DNA of 64,000 nt from contig NZ_JAVDPC010000003.1 in assembly GCF_031296915.1 (NCBI RefSeq), positions 77,246 to 141,245 on the forward strand. The letters run 5' to 3'. The stretch's first letter is position 1, and each line of letters begins with the position of its first letter. Positions 48,554 through 59,230 of the stretch are shown in pieces. Made by a program: the position numbers and the translations under genes. The DNA is from Cerasicoccus frondis (GTDB taxonomy: Bacteria > Verrucomicrobiota > Verrucomicrobiia > Opitutales > Cerasicoccaceae). The notes under the pieces were generated by a model. That model did no database searches, had not been told where the DNA came from, and was given only the letters and a program-made list of their open reading frames with translations.

Positions 48554-51500
48554 ATGATCCGAGGGATTTTAGGGAATCCAGGCGCAAGCTGCTGGCGTTT
48601 GTGGTTTTCGGTGGCGGCTATTCTGCTGTTGGCCGGATGGCCTGAGCGTGTGCGTGGGCAGGAAGCAGCCGTGGTCGAAGCGGTGGCGCAAGCTGTCGAT
48701 CAGCCGTCTACCGATGAGTCCACGGATGATTCTGAAGAGGTGGACACCATCGTCAGCAGTGACGCGAACGAGCTCACGATTGATGACTTGAAGCAGCAGT
48801 TGGATAAGCTGCCTGCTCCGACGAAGGATGCGCCCGCGACTCGCGAATACAACGATTTGCAGTCTGCTCTGGACCAGCTCAACCAGGAAAAAGACTGGCA
48901 GGATAAGCTGGCCAAGCTCAAGCAAAGCATGGCTGCCAAGACCAGCTATGACTCAGACTTGGCCAAGGCGAAGCAAGACGCGGATTCGCTGAAAAGCACG
49001 CCTTTGCCTGAGACGTCGGAAGACAGCGAAAATGCGCTCAAGGCGCTGGCCCCTCAATTGGACGAGGTCAACGAGCGAGTGAAGGATTTAAGCGGTTTGT
49101 TATCCAATGCGCCGCAGCGTCGGCTGGAGCAGACTCAGCGCCTCAATGCGCTGAAGTCAGAAATGAATGATCTGAAAACTTCGGCGCAAGGCACGGATAC
49201 AGCGGCGATCCTGGCCAAGGCCAAACTACAATCCGCCAGCGCGGAATCGGATTTTCTGGATTTATCCATTGCCTCGACTGACGCGCGAAAGAGCTCCTTG
49301 TCGATGGAATTGGAGATCGCCAAGACGCGTCAGGCGTCCCTCAAGGAACGCAATGACTTGCTGTCAGCTAACCTGAAAAAGCTACGCGCCGCCGACTTGA
49401 AAAAACAAGAGGCCGCCATGCGGGAATCTGCACGCAAGGCCGCCATGCAGTCACCTGCTCTGCAGGCGCTGGCCGCGAGAAATGAAGACCTGCTCCAGCG
49501 CCGCAAGGATCTGAATCAGTACCTCAATCAAATTGGGCATCGTTATGAGCATTATCAGGAGCAATCCGAGTGGATCAAAAAGCAGCTTTCGGAGATTCAG
49601 GAGCGGGTCAGCATTTCAGGTTTCTCACAAACAGCGGCTACGATCATGCTCAAGGAACTTCGCCGTTTGCCGCACGTTAAGGAGTTGGAAGACGAGCAGG
49701 ATGAGTTGGAAGAAGAAGTCCGCGCCACACAGTTGGAGCTTTATGATCTGCCTCAAGATTTGAACGACTCTCTGAGCGCAGAGCAGCAGTTTGTCGCATT
49801 GGGCATTGAACTGACAAAGGACGAGCTCGCCTGGGTCAAAGAACACGAAGACCTGGATGTGCAGCAGCAGCTCTTGCAGCAAAGTCGGGAAATTGTCTCC
49901 GGTCTGCGCAAAGACGCCAACGCCTACTTCGAGGCATTGCTGGCGACGGACTCGGAGATACTGGCCACGATGCAGGCAACAGATGATTTCCGCAGTTATG
50001 CTTCCGAGAATATCCTGTGGATACCCAGTCGCGACGTCATGTCCACCAAGGACGTGACGTCCTTGCCCGGTTTGGTTGGCACGGCCCTGGATGAGTTTAC
50101 CTCACTGCTGGATGTTGTCGTGAAGGGGCCCGTTCTACGGACGGTCGCCTTCGTCCTCATTCTCGGGTTATTGACGACGCTGACTCGCTACTGGGTGAAG
50201 GTCACGCAGGTGGAGCGTCAGTTGCCAGCGAGCATTGATAAGATCGGGCGGACGCTGCGTCTTGTCGTGTTCGAAGTGTTTGTGGCGTTGCTGCCGATGA
50301 CGGTGCTCTATCTCTTGGCATGGGTGCTGGATGATCCCCAGCTCAATGGGAGCCTGTCATCCGCATTGGAATTCACCGCGCACACCGTGGCGACGGCGAC
50401 GTTTTTCCTGACGCTGCTTTACCGCATTACGCGCATCAACGGCCTTGGGCAGAATCATCTGCGCTGGCCGCGTTTTGTCTGTGTGCGGATCAACATGGCG
50501 GTGAAGCGCTTCCTCGTTCCGGCGCTGCTATGTGCCTTTGTGTCGATCTTACTGGATAACTACGCGCAGTTTATCGACACGATTTCCGGCACCCGGATTG
50601 TGCTCCTGCCGTCTTTTATATTGTCGTTGCTGGCCTTGCACACCGTCTTTTCTCCCAAGTATGGCATTCTCTCCAAAGGCGACACCGTTTGGACGCGGAC
50701 ACCGTCGCTGCGTTGGGGGCTGTATTTATTTTTGATGTCCTGGCAGCTGTTCCTGTGCACGCTGGTGGTGAGTGGTTACATGCTGGGGGCTGTGATGCTG
50801 TGGGGGCACACCTTCCGAACTTTGTGGTTGCTGGCTCTGGTGTTCATCCTGAAGGGGCTGGTGGAGCTTTACCTGGAGATCCAGCAGTTCAATGCGCACA
50901 AACAAGAGCGGGCGGAGCTGGCTTCCGGTCAACTGGCCGCAGCGCAGGAGAAATTTGATTTCGAGCTGGATGACTCGATGAAGCAGGTCATCAGCTTTGT
51001 CCAGTGGATGTTCATTTTGTTGGGAGTCAGCGCGATTTGGGCGGATGCCTTTCCCTCAATGCGCAAGCTGGGCTCACACCCGCTGATAACCTTTCATGAC
51101 GAACCGTTTTTGACGCTGGGGCAGGGGGGGATGCTCGTATTGTGCGTCGTGACAACGGTCATGCTCGCGCGCAGTTTGCCGCGGCTTTTTGAGATCATCA
51201 TTCTGCGCCGCATTGCGTCGATTGACCCCGGTAGCAGGCATGCGTTTTCCACGCTGATCGCCTACCTGGTTGTGGTCATTGGCGTGATCTGGGCCAGTCA
51301 AATTTTGCTGATTGAGTGGGGAAATATTCAATGGCTCGTTGCGGCGATATCAGTGGGGCTGGGATTCGGAATGCAGGAGATTTTCGGCAATCTCGTGGCG
51401 GGGATTATCCTGTTATTTGAACGCCCGATCCGTGTGGGTGATATCATCACGATCGGCCAGACAACAGGTAAGGTGACGCGCATTCAAATGCGTGGCACCA

Positions 51501-51919
51501 CCATCATGGAGTGGGATCGGCGGGAGTTGATTGTGCCCAACAAGGAATTCGTCACTGGGCAACTGACGAACTGGACGTTGAGCGATACGCTGACGCGTCT
51601 GACGCTGAATGTCGGCGTGGCCTACGGGTCGGAAATCACCAAGGTGAAGGAGCTTTTACTTGAAGTCATCCGCAAGGACCCTCGTGTGCTGGAAGACCCG
51701 GCGCCAGCAGCTTTTTTCAAGCAGTTTGGCGAGAGCTCATTGGACTTTCTGGCTTTCGCTTACCTGGGAACACTGGATGACCGCCTTGGCGTCACCAGTG
51801 ATCTTCAGCAGGGAATTTACGAGGCGCTGAGTGCTGCAGACATTAAGATTCCATTGCCTCAGCGGGACATTCATATCGTTGATGGACCGGTAGATTGGCC
51901 AAGCAAGAAAACAGGGTAA
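48554..51919 (+). CDS. MscK/KefA-like mechanosensitive channel (MscS family with a long periplasmic coiled-coil N-terminus)
   Basis: Signal peptide, ~450-aa coiled coil, about 11 TM helices, and a C-terminal MscS core (GNLVAGIILLFERPIRVGD...). Confidence 0.85.
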   Translation: MIRGILGNPGASCWRLWFSVAAILLLAGWPERVRGQEAAVVEAVAQAVDQPSTDESTDDSEEVDTIVSSDANELTIDDLKQQLDKLPAPTKDAPATREYNDLQSALDQLNQEKDWQDKLAKLKQSMAAKTSYDSDLAKAKQDADSLKSTPLPETSEDSENALKALAPQLDEVNERVKDLSGLLSNAPQRRLEQTQRLNALKSEMNDLKTSAQGTDTAAILAKAKLQSASAESDFLDLSIASTDARKSSLSMELEIAKTRQASLKERNDLLSANLKKLRAADLKKQEAAMRESARKAAMQSPALQALAARNEDLLQRRKDLNQYLNQIGHRYEHYQEQSEWIKKQLSEIQERVSISGFSQTAATIMLKELRRLPHVKELEDEQDELEEEVRATQLELYDLPQDLNDSLSAEQQFVALGIELTKDELAWVKEHEDLDVQQQLLQQSREIVSGLRKDANAYFEALLATDSEILATMQATDDFRSYASENILWIPSRDVMSTKDVTSLPGLVGTALDEFTSLLDVVVKGPVLRTVAFVLILGLLTTLTRYWVKVTQVERQLPASIDKIGRTLRLVVFEVFVALLPMTVLYLLAWVLDDPQLNGSLSSALEFTAHTVATATFFLTLLYRITRINGLGQNHLRWPRFVCVRINMAVKRFLVPALLCAFVSILLDNYAQFIDTISGTRIVLLPSFILSLLALHTVFSPKYGILSKGDTVWTRTPSLRWGLYLFLMSWQLFLCTLVVSGYMLGAVMLWGHTFRTLWLLALVFILKGLVELYLEIQQFNAHKQERAELASGQLAAAQEKFDFELDDSMKQVISFVQWMFILLGVSAIWADAFPSMRKLGSHPLITFHDEPFLTLGQGGMLVLCVVTTVMLARSLPRLFEIIILRRIASIDPGSRHAFSTLIAYLVVVIGVIWASQILLIEWGNIQWLVAAISVGLGFGMQEIFGNLVAGIILLFERPIRVGDIITIGQTTGKVTRIQMRGTTIMEWDRRELIVPNKEFVTGQLTNWTLSDTLTRLTLNVGVAYGSEITKVKELLLEVIRKDPRVLEDPAPAAFFKQFGESSLDFLAFAYLGTLDDRLGVTSDLQQGIYEALSAADIKIPLPQRDIHIVDGPVDWPSKKTG

Positions 51920-52009
51920 AAGCTCAATGCAGCTTGCGGTTTCCCCCAAAATGGCTTTTCGTTTTTTTAACTAGAAGCTTTAACAAATTAGCTTTACTTC
52001 AGAACTGCT

Positions 52010-52399
52010 ATGTCGAGTACCCACTCCGCCCTGATCGTCGATGATGAAGGCCACTTGCGCACAATGCTGCGCACATTACTGAAACGCATGGGCATCACCA
52101 AGCTCTACGAAGCCAGCAATGGCCAGGAAGCTTGTGAAGTCTATCGCACGAATACACCCACGATGGTCTTGATGGATGTGAACATGCCAGGTATGAATGG
52201 GATTGAGACTTTGCAGGAATTGCGCCGAACGGACCCGGACGCCGTGGTGGTCATGATGACATCCATGACTTCACGTAAGATGGTGGAGGCAAGCATCGAC
52301 TCCGGCGCCGCTCACTTCATCCGTAAAGATACCCCCATGAAAGAAATCGAATCCATTATTCGCGATATCCTGGCTTCGTGCGAAGGGAGTGGCGCATGA
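52010..52399 (+). CDS. Single-domain response regulator (CheY-like receiver)
   Basis: LIVDDE...D(55)...K pattern. 129 aa. Confidence 0.85.
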   Translation: MSSTHSALIVDDEGHLRTMLRTLLKRMGITKLYEASNGQEACEVYRTNTPTMVLMDVNMPGMNGIETLQELRRTDPDAVVVMMTSMTSRKMVEASIDSGAAHFIRKDTPMKEIESIIRDILASCEGSGA

Positions 52400-54249
52400 G
52401 TGACGGTTCACTTGCCCCCTCGCAAAAGCTCTACTCGTTGGCTGAACTCTCCGCAAGTGTTGAGCGAGAGCGTCGGCAATCTGCTTTTGCAGACGAGCAG
52501 GTGGATCAACTGGAAATTAATCGCCTTTTTGCGGCTCGTCGCGGTCGCACCAAAACCAGGCCCGCGCCGCCCGTTCAAGCAGAGACCAAGCTGGAGCCTG
52601 AAGCGGAAAAGTTGCTGACGGAAGCATTGGAGTCTGGCGACGTTTTCATGCTGGATCGTCTCGTTGAGGATAAGTTGATTCCCAAGGGCGTCGCATGTCG
52701 AAAATGGAGCCAGCAGGTCGGCTACCCGCACGTTGATCCGTTCCAAAGCATTGTCACGCCGGAAGCGATTGCCAGCGTCCCCTTGGAGATTGCGAGTAAG
52801 GCCTCGACGTTGCCTCTCTATGTTTTTGATAATGTGCTTACGGTCGCCATGGCGACGCCTGACGATGTGGCGCTGGTCAAGCGTCTGGGCGCCATTACGG
52901 ACCTGGAGATTAGCCCGGTCTTTTCTTTGCCAGCGGATATCAAGGCGGGCATCGCCATCCACTATGCGCCCAATGAGAGCATCGAGAAAAGCATTGAGGC
53001 ATTTGAGCAGGTGCATGGCAACATTGAGCAAGCGCTCGAAAGTATGGGTGAGCAGGAAGCAGCTGACGCCAAGCCCATTGCCGGGATCCTCGACGCCGTG
53101 CTCCACTTGGCTATTCGCGAGCGCGCATCGGACATCCACCTGGAGCCTTTTGAGGTTGGCGTGCGCATTCGCCTGCGTATCGACGGCAAGCTGCACGAGA
53201 TGCGGTATTACTCACACGCCGTGCATCGCGCAGTGGCGGCTCGCCTGCGGGTGCTGTGCAAGGTGAATGTCGCGGAGTCGCGTTTCCCGCAGGACGGTCG
53301 TTTTTCCATGCCACTGGGGTCCGGTGTGGCTAATTTTCGTATCTCTATTCGTCCCGTAGCCCGCGGGAGTAATGTGGTGATCCGCATATTAGGTTCATCG
53401 GGGCGTCGCCGTTTGATGTCGCTGGACAGTATGTTGATTTCGTCCGACATCCTCACGCCGTACCAGCAAGTCATCAAAAGTCCAAACGGCTTGATCTTCG
53501 TGACCGGTCCCACTGGCTCGGGTAAGACATCGCTGCTCTATGCGTCACTCGAATGCATCAACAACGGCGAGATCAACATCACCACGATTGAAGACCCAAT
53601 CGAAGTGGAAATCCCCGGGATTGCGCAAAGCCAGGTGAATTCCCACATCGATCTGACGTTTCCGCTCTTGTTGCGCTCGATGCTGCGACAAGACCCGGAC
53701 GTCATTCTGGTGGGCGAAATTCGTGACCTCGAAACAGCGCGCATCGCGACCGAAGCCGCTTTGACGGGGCACTTGGTCTTTGCGACTTTGCACACCAATA
53801 ACGCGATTCAAGCGGTTGTGCGGTTGATTGAAATTGGCATTGAACCCTACATGGTGGCTCCGTCGATCAATGCGGTGGTTGCCCAGCGTCTCGCGCCCCG
53901 GCTGAACCCGCGTTACCGTGAGCCCTATGTGCCGTCTTCCACTGTGCTGAACGAGTTTTTCCACGATTGGATGGATGTGCCGGACTTCACGTTCTACCGC
54001 CCGCGCAATGATGCGGACGGCGCGCGTTTTGGCTTCCAGGGGCGTATCTCCTTCCATGAAATCGCAATAGTGAATGACCGGATGCGTTCGCTCATCGGGG
54101 CGAACGCCGGCACGATGGAGCTCCGTGAAGCCGCCGAAGAAATGGGCTATCGTCCCCTCCGCTACGACGGTCTGAAGAAGGCGCTCCTTGGTCTAACCAC
54201 CATAGAAGATATTGCCCGCGCCACCCCACAGGAATGGCAAAGCAGTTAA
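52396..54249 (+). CDS. GspE/PilB-family secretion ATPase
   Basis: GSPII_E N-terminal domain, Walker A VTGPTGSGKTS, Asp box, Walker B and His box (ATLHTNNA). Start overlaps the response-regulator stop (ATGA at 52396-52399). Confidence 0.85.
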   Translation: MSDGSLAPSQKLYSLAELSASVERERRQSAFADEQVDQLEINRLFAARRGRTKTRPAPPVQAETKLEPEAEKLLTEALESGDVFMLDRLVEDKLIPKGVACRKWSQQVGYPHVDPFQSIVTPEAIASVPLEIASKASTLPLYVFDNVLTVAMATPDDVALVKRLGAITDLEISPVFSLPADIKAGIAIHYAPNESIEKSIEAFEQVHGNIEQALESMGEQEAADAKPIAGILDAVLHLAIRERASDIHLEPFEVGVRIRLRIDGKLHEMRYYSHAVHRAVAARLRVLCKVNVAESRFPQDGRFSMPLGSGVANFRISIRPVARGSNVVIRILGSSGRRRLMSLDSMLISSDILTPYQQVIKSPNGLIFVTGPTGSGKTSLLYASLECINNGEINITTIEDPIEVEIPGIAQSQVNSHIDLTFPLLLRSMLRQDPDVILVGEIRDLETARIATEAALTGHLVFATLHTNNAIQAVVRLIEIGIEPYMVAPSINAVVAQRLAPRLNPRYREPYVPSSTVLNEFFHDWMDVPDFTFYRPRNDADGARFGFQGRISFHEIAIVNDRMRSLIGANAGTMELREAAEEMGYRPLRYDGLKKALLGLTTIEDIARATPQEWQSS

Positions 54250-57200
54250 AGCTGTTCGTAAATGTAGCCGTTTGGCCCAGCAGGTAATTCGAGCTCTAGG
54301 CTATTGTTAAAGTTACCGGGGCCTTTCGCTGCCTTTACGCGGCTCCACTTGCCTGGAACCTCAATTGACAGTTTGCCGCCAGGGCTTGTCGCGCTGGTGT
54401 CGATATAAAGTCGCTTGCCGGTTATCCGGAGGCAGACTGGCATGTCAGCTTTAATGCTGACATGCTCCCACTTTGCTTCCCCCGGAGCGCCCAGCGCCAG
54501 CCATTGCTCGCCTTTGCGAAGTTTAACGGAACCGGCTGTTCCATTGAAGCTGACTTGGTCCAGGCTTGAGCGTTCGGCTTTATCCGAGAGGAATACGTAG
54601 TCTTCACCTGATTGGTGGCTGACATGAATGATGTGTTGGTCGTCGTTGACGTCGAATTTGGGCGATGCGTCATCAGGAAGCTTGGGGAAGAGCGCGACGA
54701 AGTAAGCGCCATCGTCGGGACGTTGCAGGTGGAAAACGTCCTGATACTGGGTTTGTTTGCGGTCAATCTGGTCGTTGCCGCCATAGCGCAGTGTGTTGCG
54801 GGGCGTATTGTTGGGAGATGCGACGAAATACTCCAAATTGACGCCAAACTGACCGTGCGCCGTAAAGCGATTGGTATCGGGTAATGGGCGGGTAGGCAAA
54901 ATTTGCTCCCCTCCTAGTTTGCTGGAAGTTTCTTCTCCTGTGGGGGTGATGCCGTTTGAGAGCGTCCAGAATTGCCAGGCAGTGGGCTCCCCTCCGCTCG
55001 TCGTGTCGCGAACAACCAGGTAGGCTGGCGTGGTAGGGGCAGAATCTTCACGAATGAAGGCGACTTGGCGGTCGACGGTGAGCTTGTCCGACCGGGCTTT
55101 TTTCAGCTTTGGGTATTGAGGTAGATGGGGAGGGAGCCAGTTTCGCTCGTCGGGTTTTATGTTGGTGCGCACGGTGCGGGCGTAGTCCATCCCGGGCAGT
55201 GTGGCAAAGGCGCTGAAGTCAGTGCTGGTGTAGTAACCGAAGGGGCTCCCTTTATCGCCCGGTTGATAATTGCGCGCCAATTGAACGCCCTCGCTGAGTA
55301 GCTCATGCCTTTCTTTGGTGCCAGTAAACAAGGTGAAGCAAGTGCTGATCGGTTTGCCGAGGGCATACCACTGGGCGATGTCCGTCACGCTGGGCGCCCA
55401 GATATCCAGATTGCGGATGGAGTCGACGCCAGCCAGGAAATTCACGAAGCTTTCCTTAGGCGTGTTAAAGCCCGCTCGAAAGACGACCCCGAAGTCTGGG
55501 AATTGCTCGCTATGCCATTCGGGCGCTTGCTGTGGGAGAGTCTTGTCGACGTAATAATATCGGAATCCGCCCAGCCGGTAATCTCCAAGGTAACTGGTGT
55601 AGTTTGTCTGCGCCCACAACCACTGTAATTTAGCAGAAAGTTCGGGGTCGGCTTGTGCATACATGCGGGCGGCAATTCCGATCGTCGACATTTTCTCACT
55701 GGAGACTCCACGGCCATAATTAGCGGTGACGCGGACGCCGCCTTTTTCTGGATTCGGCGGGGTATAGAGCTTCGCAAAATAAGTGATCAGGCGCTTCAGC
55801 CGTGGATCATTGGTGAAATCCCGGTAGCCAGCGCGTTGGGACGCAATCGTGAAGCTGACAATCGCTTCCAGACTTACGTTGCCGTAGTGCGAACCTTCGG
55901 GGACCCACTCGCCGCCGGGGCCTACTTCATGGTCGAGCCAATGATCCAGCCAGTCCGCAGCATAGTTCGCCCATTGCTCGGACATCGGATGGTCGCGAAG
56001 CACACAGGCCACGACGCCCAGTGTGAGGATGTAAGAGCAGTGCATATTGGGGTTGCCTGAGCCGTACCCGCGCTCACTGGACCAGCACATCGGGTCAGCG
56101 AGCAGGTAACCCAGATACGCCATTTGCGCGCGCATGATGCGACGTTCGTCCTTGCTGATCCAGTCTGAGTCAATCAGCGCATCATACATGCCAGCGACGC
56201 CAATCGCTTTGCGCATGACATCGTAATTGCCAAGCAATCCAAGCTGATCACTGAGTTTCTTGACCACTCGCTTCACTTGGGAATCTTTTGAATTAGAATT
56301 GAGGGACAGGACCAGCGCCGCCCAGTCGGAGTGTTGAACTTGGATTTCTTTCTGCTTTTTCGCAACTTCGTCTGCATCGAGGAAGAGCAGGGGATGTTGA
56401 TCGCTTTCCTGCCATTCCAGGGTCATGGCCTGAATCTCCTCCAGCTCACGGCCAATGACTGGCTGTCCGTTTGCGACAGCCCATTCGCGTACGCCCGTGG
56501 AGCAAGGCGCGGTTAGCTCGATGCCGCCATCTGTAGCGTAGTTGACGGGCATACCGCTTGCCTGCCAGCCAGCCCACATTTTCTCGATCATAGGCAGACT
56601 CCAATCTTCCTGGCCATAGTAGGTTTGCATGGCGACGGGTTTGACCCAGTCTCCGGGCATTCGCGAAAACAGCGCTAATTGCTCTTTGCCATTATCGAAA
56701 TCCAATCGCCAGGGATTCTGCGGGAACAATGCTAAGAGGCTGGTCTTCGGACTGAGCTGAATTTGATTATTTTGGAGCGAAGCAACGTTGATTTTTTTAT
56801 CACTGCGCGCCCACTGGCCATAACCCTTTGGTTGAATCACTGTGGGCGCGCCTTGGATGGCTGGCAGATTAAAAATAACTTTCGTCTCCGGGTAATTCCC
56901 ACTGACTGCCATGCGCCAGTAAACCGTGTTGTCACCCGCAATGATGGTGGCGGTAAACGAGGCGTAGGAACCATCTTGGAATTGGTAGCTGGTGCGCACT
57001 TTGGCGAAAACCGAACCACTCGCGATCACCTGACTTTGCCAGCTTTGAATGGGGCCAGGATTCGACCAGATGCTAGTCTTCGACAAGGTTCCTTCCTTAA
57101 AACGGAGTCCCAGCAGGGGGGGCGGGGGGGAGTCGGAGCCTTGTCCAAGTGGAAATTTCGCACTTAGCTCCTTGGTGCTGATTTCAACGCTCGCTCCACT

Positions 57201-57503
57201 TTCGTTGATGAGAAGGTCGGGTTTCGCGATATTGCCTGATGCCTGCTCTAGGTTGTAAGTTGCCGAATCATAAGGCTTAAGCGGGCTGGTGATGAACCAA
57301 ACCACATCGCCTTCTTGTTGATGAGAAATAGGGCTCCCTGTATATGCTATCTGAAATCTATCTGGCGCGTCCGCAGGGAGGTTAACGTGAACCAATTCAG
57401 GACCGTAGTTCCGGCCGAGTAGCTCTTCTATTTTAAAGTCTGCTTGTGCACATTGCAGGCTTAGAAGCAGAAGGATAAGGGATCGGAGGAGTTGATAGCG
57501 CAT
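54246..57503 (-). CDS. Large secreted protein, possibly heparinase II/III-like polysaccharide lyase (uncertain)
   Basis: Signal peptide MRYQLLRSLILLLLSLQCAQA. 1085 aa. The alpha/alpha-toroid-like middle region is only weakly suggested. Confidence 0.35.
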   Translation of the reverse strand: MRYQLLRSLILLLLSLQCAQADFKIEELLGRNYGPELVHVNLPADAPDRFQIAYTGSPISHQQEGDVVWFITSPLKPYDSATYNLEQASGNIAKPDLLINESGASVEISTKELSAKFPLGQGSDSPPPPLLGLRFKEGTLSKTSIWSNPGPIQSWQSQVIASGSVFAKVRTSYQFQDGSYASFTATIIAGDNTVYWRMAVSGNYPETKVIFNLPAIQGAPTVIQPKGYGQWARSDKKINVASLQNNQIQLSPKTSLLALFPQNPWRLDFDNGKEQLALFSRMPGDWVKPVAMQTYYGQEDWSLPMIEKMWAGWQASGMPVNYATDGGIELTAPCSTGVREWAVANGQPVIGRELEEIQAMTLEWQESDQHPLLFLDADEVAKKQKEIQVQHSDWAALVLSLNSNSKDSQVKRVVKKLSDQLGLLGNYDVMRKAIGVAGMYDALIDSDWISKDERRIMRAQMAYLGYLLADPMCWSSERGYGSGNPNMHCSYILTLGVVACVLRDHPMSEQWANYAADWLDHWLDHEVGPGGEWVPEGSHYGNVSLEAIVSFTIASQRAGYRDFTNDPRLKRLITYFAKLYTPPNPEKGGVRVTANYGRGVSSEKMSTIGIAARMYAQADPELSAKLQWLWAQTNYTSYLGDYRLGGFRYYYVDKTLPQQAPEWHSEQFPDFGVVFRAGFNTPKESFVNFLAGVDSIRNLDIWAPSVTDIAQWYALGKPISTCFTLFTGTKERHELLSEGVQLARNYQPGDKGSPFGYYTSTDFSAFATLPGMDYARTVRTNIKPDERNWLPPHLPQYPKLKKARSDKLTVDRQVAFIREDSAPTTPAYLVVRDTTSGGEPTAWQFWTLSNGITPTGEETSSKLGGEQILPTRPLPDTNRFTAHGQFGVNLEYFVASPNNTPRNTLRYGGNDQIDRKQTQYQDVFHLQRPDDGAYFVALFPKLPDDASPKFDVNDDQHIIHVSHQSGEDYVFLSDKAERSSLDQVSFNGTAGSVKLRKGEQWLALGAPGEAKWEHVSIKADMPVCLRITGKRLYIDTSATSPGGKLSIEVPGKWSRVKAAKGPGNFNNSLELELPAGPNGYIYEQL

Positions 57504-57553
57504 GAAATTTTTCTTTAAAGTGCGCCCCTGGGAACGATGGCTGAGCTTGGTCG

Positions 57554-59104
57554 TTAGCTACTTGGCTGCTCTTTGACCACCTTGTCCAGGAACTGGTAGA
57601 GCGTCTGGTCGATGTCTACCTGCTCGGGCGCATTCACGCCAATGAGCAGAAGCTGATTCGTAAGCATGCTGTTCTCGTCGATCCGCTCCCAGAAATTCTC
57701 GTAGGTCATGCGCCATTTCTGCGACCAAGAGCCTTTTGCTTGCTCATAGAATTGGTCGTATTTCTCAGTGCTGACGGGCAGCATCATGCTGCGGTAAACT
57801 GCAATCCTTTGGGCGCTAATTGGGTTCAGGAATTCATAGTCTTCGTAAACAATGTCGCTCCATGATCCCTTCATGTTTTGGACTTCGACTTTCTTTGTTT
57901 GCTCAAGTCCATTAACCGTGCCCATGCAGACTTCTGGCGTGTGGGCATTGGCCCGCATGAGAGGATAACCATCCTCCCAGGACACAAAGTAGTAGGTCAC
58001 CAGGCTGTTGTTGATGAGGAACTGGCCACTGAGAACTTCATCGGTTTCATAAATGTCCTTTACCAGGTCATTTACTTTCAACTGGCGATGCCAAGGGAGC
58101 TGCCTGAGTTGAGATTCATCAATACGCCAGGCTTTCGCCTTTGTCATTGCTGGTATGTCATACCATTGCCAACGGAATAACTCTACGCCGACATACGCGA
58201 TTAACAACAGGGTGGAGAGCGGTAGGCAAATACCGGGGAGTTTGGCGGCTGGAGCGGTTTTGGCTGTTTGTTTTTTGGGTCCTGCTTTGGGCTCAATGAT
58301 GAGGAACGCAATAAAGACCAGTGACAGGCCAATAACGAAAGTAATGGCTCCTGTGTTGTCATGCCATCGGTCATAGGCTTCCTTGCCTTCAATGCCGGTT
58401 ATCCAGCCTAAGGCAAGAGCGCGAATGGCATTCTGGATAAACGAGGCGATCATGCCCGCCACTAAGAGCGCAATGCGTCGAGGGAGCGAAAATTTGCCGT
58501 ATTCGCCCAAGAAGAGAGTCGTCACCAGCAGGAACTGCAGTGACCGGATTCCGCTGCAAGCTTCAGCCACTTCAACAACTGCATCACCAATGGAAATCTG
58601 TATGCCTTGCACCATCGCTGGGATGCCTAGTAGCTGGAGAGACACCGTGACAATGTGAGCGATGTGGCCCGTCAACCAGTCGCTCACGCCTAACTCGATG
58701 CGGCCAGGCCATGGAATGCACGCGAGGAAAAATAGAATCGGAAATGCATAGTGGCGCGTATAACGGCCTCCTCCCCAAGCTAATCCCCAGAAGAGCGTGA
58801 AGCCTGCGAGACAGAACCCTTCCGTCCAACTAAGCATGTGCCAGGAGCTCATTGTTTCCCACAGCACTCGTAGAACGGCGAAACCGATGAAACAGAATGC
58901 AGCAGGGATGAGCCAAGCCTTGGAGCCTCCCTCGGGGGTTGGCTCATCTTCGCCCCGCGTCCATATCAGGAATAGACTGAGCACTGGAATGCCCCAGCCA
59001 TAGAAGTAATGGGAATCGGGATCCCAGAATTCGTGAAGTTGATAATAAAATGCGAACTGTAAAGCTAGAGGGAGTAGCCAGATTTTTAATGAGGTCGCAT
59101 TCAT
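57554..59104 (-). CDS. Exosortase (XrtA-like) fused to a C-terminal EpsI-like domain
   Basis: Eight TM helices with the conserved exosortase motifs including EACSGIRS, then a ~200-aa soluble C-terminal domain. Confidence 0.75.
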   Translation of the reverse strand: MNATSLKIWLLPLALQFAFYYQLHEFWDPDSHYFYGWGIPVLSLFLIWTRGEDEPTPEGGSKAWLIPAAFCFIGFAVLRVLWETMSSWHMLSWTEGFCLAGFTLFWGLAWGGGRYTRHYAFPILFFLACIPWPGRIELGVSDWLTGHIAHIVTVSLQLLGIPAMVQGIQISIGDAVVEVAEACSGIRSLQFLLVTTLFLGEYGKFSLPRRIALLVAGMIASFIQNAIRALALGWITGIEGKEAYDRWHDNTGAITFVIGLSLVFIAFLIIEPKAGPKKQTAKTAPAAKLPGICLPLSTLLLIAYVGVELFRWQWYDIPAMTKAKAWRIDESQLRQLPWHRQLKVNDLVKDIYETDEVLSGQFLINNSLVTYYFVSWEDGYPLMRANAHTPEVCMGTVNGLEQTKKVEVQNMKGSWSDIVYEDYEFLNPISAQRIAVYRSMMLPVSTEKYDQFYEQAKGSWSQKWRMTYENFWERIDENSMLTNQLLLIGVNAPEQVDIDQTLYQFLDKVVKEQPSS

Positions 59105-59230
59105 CCTTAAGTCAATTTCGAGTAGTTTGCTTCAACCTGCTGCAGATTTTGGTCAGGAGCAAGCATGCACTGAAGTTTGATCCGCATGGTGAAGCCGACG
59201 AACATCCAGGCTTTGAATTGGTTTATGAGG

